A stretch of 64,000 nt of DNA from positions 2,274-66,273 of the IMG/VR virus record IMGVR_UViG_3300011443_000015, one strand, 5' to 3'. The first letter of the stretch is position 1. Every line of letters starts with the position of its first letter. This document shows, one piece after another, positions 56,738 to 64,000 of the stretch. A program made the translations under genes and the position numbers. Source of the stretch: a virus. Lineage: Duplodnaviria; Caudoviricetes. A model generated the notes under the pieces. That model made no database searches and was not told the DNA's origin. It worked only from the letters and a program-made list of their open reading frames with translations.

Positions 56738-56925
56738 TGCCCATCGTTGATGGTGTCGGAACAGGCACGTCCGTTGTGCGAACGCCGCTGACACAGCGGA
56801 TCGAGATGGCGCAGACAAAAGCGGTGCGCGATGCGTTGGACGAAGGCGTCCCGGTGAGCCACACCGAGGAACTGCTCCGACGAAAAGACGAGGCTCGTCG
56901 GGCGGTGCTCGAGGAGGCTGAGTGA
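56737..56925 (+). CDS. Hypothetical protein
   Basis: GAGGAG SD, coupled. Confidence 0.45.
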   Translation: MPIVDGVGTGTSVVRTPLTQRIEMAQTKAVRDALDEGVPVSHTEELLRRKDEARRAVLEEAE

Positions 56926-57326
56926 TGTTCCTCGAGGAGATAGCCGCGAGGCTCGTCGCTCAGGGGGTGGGCACCCTGAGTTCCAACATCTTCCTCGGGT
57001 CGCGAGCCGCGATCCCGAGCGGGGATGGGCCGTATCTGTCCCTGATCGAGACAGGCGGCAGTGCGCCGACGCATATCCAGAACACAGCGGTGGCGAACAC
57101 GCAACGACCGACGGCGCAGATCGCGGTGAGAGCGAAGAAGTACAACATCGCGCGCACGATGGCCAACGCGGCCTACGTGGCGCTCGACGGGATCTCGAAT
57201 ACAACGCTGAGTGGGACGTTCTATTTAAGTATCAGAGCGCGGCAGGAGCCGACTGATATCGGTCTCGATACCATCGAACGTGTGTTGATCACGTTCAATA
57301 TCGAAGTAGAGAAGCTACCGTCTTGA
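56922..57326 (+). CDS. Tail terminator protein
   Basis: P..QI.VRA..Y..A...Q.P..IG.D...R...FN pattern; precedes the tail tube. Confidence 0.75.
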   Translation: MMFLEEIAARLVAQGVGTLSSNIFLGSRAAIPSGDGPYLSLIETGGSAPTHIQNTAVANTQRPTAQIAVRAKKYNIARTMANAAYVALDGISNTTLSGTFYLSIRARQEPTDIGLDTIERVLITFNIEVEKLPS

Positions 57327-57373
57327 GGTAATTCTGCCTCGCGAGGTCGCCGTCTCTTATAAAGGAGAAGCGC

Positions 57374-57817
57374 ATGCCACTCAGCGGACACGGAACACAC
57401 ATCTATCGGGCGCCGATCGCGACGCCCACCACCTTCACGGAGATCGCCGAGGTCGGCGACATCACGCTGCCCGGACTCGATCACAACGAGTTCGACGCCC
57501 TCAACCACAACACGAACATCGACGCCTACGTGCTCGGCGTGCTCCGGAGGGATTTGTTCACGATCAAGCTGAACTTCCTCCCCTCCGACGGCACGCACGA
57601 TCACCTCACGGGGTTGATCAAGGCGACGATCACGAATCCGCCTCCGATGGACGGCTTCAAGATCATCTTCCCCGACCTCGTGAACACGTGGGTCGCGAGC
57701 GGGCAGGTGAAGTCCGTGAACAACATCGTCGCACCCGTCGACGGACTCTCGACGGCGGACGTCGGCATTCGGTTCAGCGGGCGCATGGTTATCAACGGGG
57801 TGTTGATCGGCGTCTAG
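57374..57817 (+). CDS. Major tail tube protein
   Basis: 147 aa; FTEIAEVGDIT.P, FKIIFPD, strong SD. Confidence 0.8.
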   Translation: MPLSGHGTHIYRAPIATPTTFTEIAEVGDITLPGLDHNEFDALNHNTNIDAYVLGVLRRDLFTIKLNFLPSDGTHDHLTGLIKATITNPPPMDGFKIIFPDLVNTWVASGQVKSVNNIVAPVDGLSTADVGIRFSGRMVINGVLIGV

Positions 57818-57824
57818 GTGTGAA

Positions 57825-57899
57825 GAGGAGTCCTAGAGCCGTCGAGCGCTTCCACGCAGTGGGGGTCTTGACAGGCCTGGCCGTAACTCTAGGCTCCTC
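57825..57899 (+). ncRNA. Candidate structured RNA element
   Basis: GAGGAG-CCTAGAG/CTCTAGG-CTCCTC outer stem enclosing two further stems. Confidence 0.3.
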
Positions 57900-57914
57900 A
57901 GTGGGTGAATTTAC

Positions 57915-57947
57915 CACAGGTTGATGCAATTTTAACCTGTGTTTTCT
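57915..57947 (+). terminator. Rho-independent terminator after the tail tube gene
   Basis: CACAGGTTGA/TTAACCTGTG stem plus TTTTCT. Confidence 0.65.
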
Positions 57948-58067
57948 GTCCCACGCAGCGCACGGCGCTCCCTCTGCTGGTCTCAGGGCGCCGGGTGTCA
58001 GAGGAGATCAGCACACTCTCTGTGTGGGCAATTTCGCCTCACGAGTTCTCTTATACAGGGGAACGAC

Positions 58068-58430
58068 ATGGCAGACGCAACAGAAGACATTTACGGATCG
58101 GTCGATGACATGGTGGCGGACGGGGCCTCCGAGGTCGAGTACGCCGTCATCGACGGGTTCAAAGAAGGCAAGAAGATCCGCATCGGCTCCGTCAACGCCG
58201 GCGACATGATCGAGTGGTCGGAGGCGAACGAAGGCGAAGCCAAACGCACCGCCGGATTGCGGCTGGTCCTCAAGAGCCTCGTCGACAAGACCGGCAAGCG
58301 CATCGGCGTGCCGACGGACCTTCCGAAGCTCCGCACCATGCGGCATAACATCACCGAGCGGATCGTCAAGGAGATTCTGAAGCTGAACGGCATGAACGTG
58401 AAGCAGGACGACGCGGCAAAAAAAGACTGA
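58068..58430 (+). CDS. Tail assembly chaperone (gpG-like)
   Basis: Between tube and tape measure; ends in slippery A AAA AAG. Confidence 0.8.
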   Translation: MADATEDIYGSVDDMVADGASEVEYAVIDGFKEGKKIRIGSVNAGDMIEWSEANEGEAKRTAGLRLVLKSLVDKTGKRIGVPTDLPKLRTMRHNITERIVKEILKLNGMNVKQDDAAKKD

Positions 58431-58825
58431 AGAGGTCGCCACGGCGCCTCTTTGCGCACAAGTTGGCGGTGAAGCTCGGGAAGGTCAACGTCGAGCGCGA
58501 CATTCTCCGAGCGCTCACCGCCAAGCAGTTCCGTGGGTGGGAGCACTTCGAAGAACTGTATCCGTCGATTGGGGAAGAGCGGCTGGACTATCGGCTCGCG
58601 GCGATCGTGCAGATGCTCTACAACATCAATCGCGGGAAGGACCAGAAGGCGCTCTCGATACAAGACTTTCTCTTGTTCGCCGAGAAGGAAAAGAAGCCGG
58701 AGCAGACGCCGGAGCAGAAGTTCAAGATCCTGCAACTCTGGGCGGCGGCGATGGCGAATGACGGGCCGCCGCTCGCGCCGCAGGAGACCGACGCGATTGT
58801 CAAAGCCCGCGCTGCCACGAAGTAG
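58419..58825 (+). CDS. -1 frameshift extension of the chaperone (gpGT-like)
   Basis: AAAAAAG at 58419-58425; the -1 frame is open (RLKRSPRRLFAHKLAVKLG...). Confidence 0.75.
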
Positions 58826-58840
58826 ATACATGAGGACTCG

Positions 58841-61800
58841 ATGGACATAGGCTCACTCACCGGCCAGATCGTGCTCGAGGATCAGTTGTCGGGCGCGTTG
58901 AATAACGCCTCGAAATCTGTGACGGACTTCGCCAAGGAGTATGACGGGCTAGTCGGTGGGATGGCCCTCGGGTCCGCAGCCATCATCGCGGCGGTAGGTG
59001 CCGTCACGGGTGCCATCATCGCGTTAGGCAATAGAGGGGCTGATGTCAACGACGTCAGAGATACGTTTGAGAAGTTTTCTGGCAGTGCGGAGAACGCCGC
59101 AGACACCTTGAAGCAGATGCAGGATGGTGTGAAGAATACCGTCACCGACTTCGACCTCATGAAGGCGTCGTCAAAGTTGCTTGCTGCTGATGTCAAGCTC
59201 ACGGCTGATCAGTTTGGGACATTGTCGAAAGCGTCCTTCGTGCTGCAGAACCAGGGGCTTGGCGACACGAAGGAGATGATGGACCTGCTGTCGCAGGCGA
59301 TGCTCACCGGCAGGACGCGGTCGTTGGAGATGAAGATCGGCAAGATTGATCTCACGAAGGCGACGCAGGATTACGCCAAGAGCCTTGGCGTAGAGGTCGC
59401 AGACCTGACGAATGCGCAGGAGCTCGAGATCAAAAGGGCTGGCATCCTCGATACCCTCAATAAGAAGGTGAAAGAGGCTGGTGATCAACAGCGCGACTTT
59501 GGCGAGACGATGGAAGCGGCGATCATCTGGATCAAGAACTGGGGCGATGAACTATCGAGTCGCGTGGCGGAATCTCCTCGCGTGATGGCAGCGGTCCATA
59601 ACATCGAGACCGCCATTCAGAAGGCCTTCGGGGGAGAGTCGAAGACGATCATGGATCTGGCCGTCGGGACGATCGAGAACATCGCGGACATCGTCGCTCG
59701 AGACGGTCCGAAGATCATTCAGTTCGGCTCTGACGTCGTCGCGAAGTTCAAGGAGTGGTATGACTGGGCCGTCAAGATTCGGACCGAGCTAGAGAACCTG
59801 CAGAAATTCATGAAGTACCTCGGCCCGAACGCGATGGCGAACATGTGGAAGGATGCGACAGGCACCGACCAGAGTCCCGTAGGGGACTGGAAGCCGCCTG
59901 CCTGGGAGGGCGTGACGCCGTCCGTGCCGCCACCTGCACCGGTCGTCAAGCCGCCGACTACGCCAGACATCGCAGAGGAGACCAAGTCCGCAAAGGCATA
60001 CCGGCTCGCGATCAAGGCGTTGCAGGATGACTTGTTCGGGAATACCGCTATTGAGGGTGCGAAGAAATACACGACGGCGCTCAAGGATATGAGCAATCTT
60101 CACAAGCTCAATGCAGAGCAGGTTACGACCGTTCACGAAGCCGTGTCGGAGGGGATCGCAGCGTACGAGCGGCAGGGGAGGGTCGCACCGCTTGCGATGA
60201 AGAACCTCTATGTTGCGACCGCACAGGCGATTCCGTCCGTCGTAGGACTCGGGAAGGAGTTCGAGAACCTGGGGAAGAAGATTGCGGTCTCGATGCCGAT
60301 CTACGTGATCGATGGACTTGGGAAGTCGATCGAGGGGCTCGGGAAGACGTTTGACGCTGCGGAGGGTTACGCGGACATGTACGCGAAAAACTGGAAGCAG
60401 CGCGATGATGACATGCGCAACAACTCCAGGACGACCCTTCTCAACATCGCGAAGGACGCGCAGGAGACCTACCGCCGGATGGAAGCGAACCCTGCAGAGT
60501 ACAGCAAGGCGACGCGGCGGCACTTCAAGCAGATCGCCGAGGACGCGATGCACGCGGCCGAGGGCACGAAGTCCGCGTGGCAGCAGACCTACGACGCGCT
60601 GGGAAACATCGCCACGATCCTCGACAACATCTCTGGCAAGTTCGCAGAGGTGGGTGCGATGGCAGCCAGGACCGCGATATCAGCGATGGAGGCGTTTGCC
60701 AAGCAGGACTACATTGGGATGGCCGTGTCGATCGCGACCGGAGCGGCCGCCATTCTTCAGAAGCTCTTTGGCGGCGTCTCGAAAGCCGTGCAGGAAGCGA
60801 GAGACGCTGTTGACAAGTTTGGCGACAGTCTCTCGGACTCACTCACCGAAGCCCAGAAGCTCGAGGCGGGCGGCGTGAAGTGGAAGGAGACCGTCATCGC
60901 CGTCCGTGACGCCTACCTGCTCGTCGGGCGGACCGCCTCGGAAGCGGAGAACGTGGTCAGCCGCCTCTGGGACACGAGCAACCCCGCCCGGTCGAAGGCC
61001 GCCCAGAAAGAGATCGAGATCAACATGGCGCTGGCGAAGAACATCAGCAGCGTCCGGACGCTCGTGCAGGAATACCTCGGCGCGGGCAAGACGATCCCCG
61101 CCGCGCTCCAGGCGAACATCGACAAGCTCGTGCGTATGGGCCAACTGACCGCCGAGAACGCCGCCGCGATGCTCGACCTGAAGGACAAGGCCGTCCCCTC
61201 CTACGACGACGTAAAGGCCGCCGCCGAACGCTACGGCATCGTGGTCGAGACCCTCGGCAACGCCGTCCAGGGGTTGCAGGTGACCGAGATCGCCAATCAG
61301 ATGATCGCCGACTGGGAGTTGATGGAACTCGCCGGGGCGGACATGACCGTCGTGATGCAGGGCATGCGCGACGAGGTGCTGAAGCTCATCACCGACGCGG
61401 CGAAGTTCGGGACCGCGCTGCCCGCCGCGATGAAGCCGATCATCGCGCGGATGGACGAGGCGGGCTACTTCACCGACGAGTTCGGGAACAAGCTCGTCGA
61501 TGTCTCGCAGCTCACGTTTGCCGAGACGCTCGAGGAGAAGATCACGCGCATCGTCGATGCGATGCTCCTCCTCGCCGACGTCATCACGAACAAAGTTGGC
61601 GGGGCGCTCGACGACATTGGCAACCGCACCTACAACCCGCGCATCAACCCTCGGTATGAGGGGCCGAGCGCGCCTGCCGATCCGGAATACATGGCGGGCG
61701 GCGGCAAAGTCTTGGCGTGGCGTCCGCGCGGGAGCGACACGGTCCCAGCGATGCTGACACCAGGCGAGACCGTCACGCCGAAGGGCGGCGTGGCGCCGGG

Positions 61801-61906
61801 ACAGGGCGGGGGCACGGTCATCATCGAGATCGACAAACGACAGATCGCGGAAATCGTGGTGCCGGAAATGCCGCGCGTCTTGGCTCGGTATAGATTGGGG
61901 CGTTAA
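58841..61906 (+). CDS. Tape measure protein
   Basis: 1021 aa helical, MDIGSLTGQI start, position. Confidence 0.9.
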   Translation: MDIGSLTGQIVLEDQLSGALNNASKSVTDFAKEYDGLVGGMALGSAAIIAAVGAVTGAIIALGNRGADVNDVRDTFEKFSGSAENAADTLKQMQDGVKNTVTDFDLMKASSKLLAADVKLTADQFGTLSKASFVLQNQGLGDTKEMMDLLSQAMLTGRTRSLEMKIGKIDLTKATQDYAKSLGVEVADLTNAQELEIKRAGILDTLNKKVKEAGDQQRDFGETMEAAIIWIKNWGDELSSRVAESPRVMAAVHNIETAIQKAFGGESKTIMDLAVGTIENIADIVARDGPKIIQFGSDVVAKFKEWYDWAVKIRTELENLQKFMKYLGPNAMANMWKDATGTDQSPVGDWKPPAWEGVTPSVPPPAPVVKPPTTPDIAEETKSAKAYRLAIKALQDDLFGNTAIEGAKKYTTALKDMSNLHKLNAEQVTTVHEAVSEGIAAYERQGRVAPLAMKNLYVATAQAIPSVVGLGKEFENLGKKIAVSMPIYVIDGLGKSIEGLGKTFDAAEGYADMYAKNWKQRDDDMRNNSRTTLLNIAKDAQETYRRMEANPAEYSKATRRHFKQIAEDAMHAAEGTKSAWQQTYDALGNIATILDNISGKFAEVGAMAARTAISAMEAFAKQDYIGMAVSIATGAAAILQKLFGGVSKAVQEARDAVDKFGDSLSDSLTEAQKLEAGGVKWKETVIAVRDAYLLVGRTASEAENVVSRLWDTSNPARSKAAQKEIEINMALAKNISSVRTLVQEYLGAGKTIPAALQANIDKLVRMGQLTAENAAAMLDLKDKAVPSYDDVKAAAERYGIVVETLGNAVQGLQVTEIANQMIADWELMELAGADMTVVMQGMRDEVLKLITDAAKFGTALPAAMKPIIARMDEAGYFTDEFGNKLVDVSQLTFAETLEEKITRIVDAMLLLADVITNKVGGALDDIGNRTYNPRINPRYEGPSAPADPEYMAGGGKVLAWRPRGSDTVPAMLTPGETVTPKGGVAPGQGGGTVIIEIDKRQIAEIVVPEMPRVLARYRLGR

Positions 61907-61932
61907 CCATGCTTCATGTGGTAGGCAGTTAA

Positions 61933-64000
61933 ATGTCTTTTGTCATCGAACTCCGGCAAGGCGCGACGCTCATCGCCTCGCGCACGCCATCCCTGACGAC
62001 ATCGCTCACGACCTTCGAATACGACCTGACCGGACCCGAGCGGGCGCTCATCACCGACTGGACGTTGCTCCGGTTTCACTTCATCGGGGATACCGATCAG
62101 ACGCAGGTCACGTGGGCCGAGTTCGAGATCCCGGGGTCGGGCGCGGCCGGCGCGTCGGCTGGCACGGGCACCGCCACGGGCATCTCGGCGGCGGTGCTCG
62201 GCCTCCAGAGCGCGGTCGGGAGCGCAGCGGGAGCCGCCACGGTCCTCGGCGGCGTGCTCTATCGGGGAGACGCCGCAGGCACCTCGACGGTCACGGGTGT
62301 CGGGTTCTCTCTGACGATCGTCGTGGGCCTGTCGGTCGGCACGTCAGCGGTGACCGCGTTCTCGGTGGCGGGCGCGGTGACGGCGGCAGTCGCCGCCTCG
62401 ACGAGCGTCGCGGCCGTGCTCGGCATCGCGCAGGCCACGGGGATCATCGGCGTCAACCCGATCGTCGGGTCGGCGGCGGGGTCCGCGACGGTGCTCGGCA
62501 ATGCGCTGTCGGGGAACATCCTGACGATCGCCGGGGTCGAGTTCGTCTACAAGATGGACTCGTGCACGATCACGGAATCCTACCAAGGCGTGAACACGCT
62601 GCAGTGCACGATCTGGTATCCGACATTGCCGACAGCGGTGCCGTTCGGGCGCGGCGATGAGCTCATCATGACCGAGGATGGGACGCGCATCTTCGGGGGC
62701 TATATCGACACGGTCGAGGCGATGGGCATCGGCGGCGAGGTGCCGAACGCCGTCGAGTATCGCATCAGCGCGGGGGACTATAAGACCCTCGCCGAGTTCC
62801 GCAACGTCATCGACGGCGGCTTCCCGGCTGGCTTCGTCCTCCAGACCGCCTTCGCCAACACCGCCGCGTATCTGCAGCCCTACGGGGTGACCGTCGATAC
62901 GGACGTGAGTCTCGCGCCGCCCGTCCTCCCGCTGCTGCTCTACGATGTCCGGACAATCCGCTCCGTGTGGGACGAGTTCTGCGACATCACCGGCTACATC
63001 TGGACGATCGACTACTACAAGCACGCGACGATCTCGCTGCCAGGTCTGATTCGGGCGCCGTTCGATGTGGGGTTTAGTCAGACGGCGTTCATCGGGCCGC
63101 CCTATCGCTACCTGATTCAGCAGGCGGAGTATTACAACTATCTGCCGGAAGGCGATGCGCGACTTCAGACGTGGTTCACCGAACTGACGTTGGCCGTCTA
63201 CAACGCGGTCATGGACACGCTCGACAGTTACCACGCCACGATCATTCAGAACATGCCAGCGGATGAGCGCGCGGCGTTCGACACGGCGTTCCTCGAGGCG
63301 TATGCGAACGGGTTTCTCGCCGAGGATCTCAACTTCCTCATTCAGCAGGCGGAATATTATCAATACCTCCAGGCGGACGATCCTCGACTGAAGACGTGGT
63401 TCTACGCCTACACCCTCACGACCTATGAGGCGGGGATCGCGTCGATTGCCGGCAGCTTGACGTCGATCATTAACGCGATGGGGGCAGAGGAGAAGACCGC
63501 GTTCAACGTCGCCTATAACAACGCGACCGTCCTGGGGGCCGTCGCGGCGACAGATCAACTCGGCGACATCACGGTCAACCCGTCAGAGATCGAGTACGCG
63601 AACCGGGTGATCGTGCGCTGGGGTGACGGAGCGAAAGAGATCGAGGATGATCTCGGTGGACTGACGGACGGCGTGCAGACCGCGTTTCCGCTGACCTACT
63701 CCAACCTGATCGCGCATCGCGGCTACGTCATGCTGAATGGCGTGTACGAGACGTTCTCGATCGGCGGGGGCGGCACGTGGGACTATGACCCGACCACGAA
63801 TATCGTGACTCGGTTGTCGGCGCCGGCCGCTGGGTCCGCGATCGTCTTCACGTATACGTCGCAGTTTCCGCAGTCCTCGATTGCCACGGCGTGGAGCGAG
63901 GTCGAAACGATCCCCTTGAAGGAAGTCGTCCTGCTGTATCCGGACGTCTTCAGTCCCGTCACGGCACAGGCCATCGCCGAGGCGTGGTTGCCCCGCTATG
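61933..64000 (+). CDS. Tail tip/hub protein with N-terminal extension, partial
   Basis: Open frame to the window edge (absent from the ORF track); GDEL..EDGTRIFGGYID, ANRVIVR hub-like motifs; internal 75 aa duplication. Confidence 0.75.
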   Translation, partial: MSFVIELRQGATLIASRTPSLTTSLTTFEYDLTGPERALITDWTLLRFHFIGDTDQTQVTWAEFEIPGSGAAGASAGTGTATGISAAVLGLQSAVGSAAGAATVLGGVLYRGDAAGTSTVTGVGFSLTIVVGLSVGTSAVTAFSVAGAVTAAVAASTSVAAVLGIAQATGIIGVNPIVGSAAGSATVLGNALSGNILTIAGVEFVYKMDSCTITESYQGVNTLQCTIWYPTLPTAVPFGRGDELIMTEDGTRIFGGYIDTVEAMGIGGEVPNAVEYRISAGDYKTLAEFRNVIDGGFPAGFVLQTAFANTAAYLQPYGVTVDTDVSLAPPVLPLLLYDVRTIRSVWDEFCDITGYIWTIDYYKHATISLPGLIRAPFDVGFSQTAFIGPPYRYLIQQAEYYNYLPEGDARLQTWFTELTLAVYNAVMDTLDSYHATIIQNMPADERAAFDTAFLEAYANGFLAEDLNFLIQQAEYYQYLQADDPRLKTWFYAYTLTTYEAGIASIAGSLTSIINAMGAEEKTAFNVAYNNATVLGAVAATDQLGDITVNPSEIEYANRVIVRWGDGAKEIEDDLGGLTDGVQTAFPLTYSNLIAHRGYVMLNGVYETFSIGGGGTWDYDPTTNIVTRLSAPAAGSAIVFTYTSQFPQSSIATAWSEVETIPLKEVVLLYPDVFSPVTAQAIAEAWLPRY

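Noticed and set aside
57352-58057. TCTCTTATA(CA) resembles the Tn5/Nextera mosaic end
   Set aside because: Only 10-11 nt match, both copies run into SD sequences and no frame is broken; not adapter contamination
58419-58425. Programmed -1 frameshift as a novelty
   Set aside because: This is the standard tail chaperone frameshift; listed as a feature only

Overview
A 64 kb segment of a GC-rich tailed dsDNA phage with a long non-contractile (siphovirus-type) tail. The window is truncated at both ends, and I saw no integrase, repressor, tRNA, CRISPR array or clear endolysin. The left arm (1-17.8 kb, minus strand) holds early and replication genes: an SSB-like protein, SNF2 helicase, DEDDh exonuclease, nucleoside deoxyribosyltransferase-like protein, a phage beta-clamp (DnaN), VRR-NUC, a single ORF fusing an amino-DNA-methyltransferase to a family A polymerase, and a PLP enzyme coupled to that ORF. 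A divergent primase-helicase and a repeat-rich putative origin (18-20.7 kb) follow. The plus-strand morphogenesis arm then runs TerS, TerL, portal, MuF-like, DUF2213 protease, scaffold, capsid, connectors, tail tube, frameshifted chaperone, tape measure and hub. The best candidate for an undescribed system is a 'glyco-virion' programme. Two cassettes encode six glycosyltransferases, four SAM methyltransferases (two CmcI-like) and a B12 radical SAM enzyme, interleaved with head and neck genes. Beside them lie a ~34-repeat Ser/Thr-rich ESLKVVD shaft protein and glycan-active appendages (GH5, Asp-box propeller, lectin-like, beta-helix). Other leads: the MTase-PolA fusion plus PLP enzyme (possible replication-coupled DNA modification), an out-of-frame gene nested in the helicase, an SLADFLG peptide shared by the polymerase and TerS, peptide-tagged cargo cassettes in head proteins, and a tail domain apparently split between genes 7.5 kb apart. 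All family assignments come from motif recognition by eye; no database searches were run.
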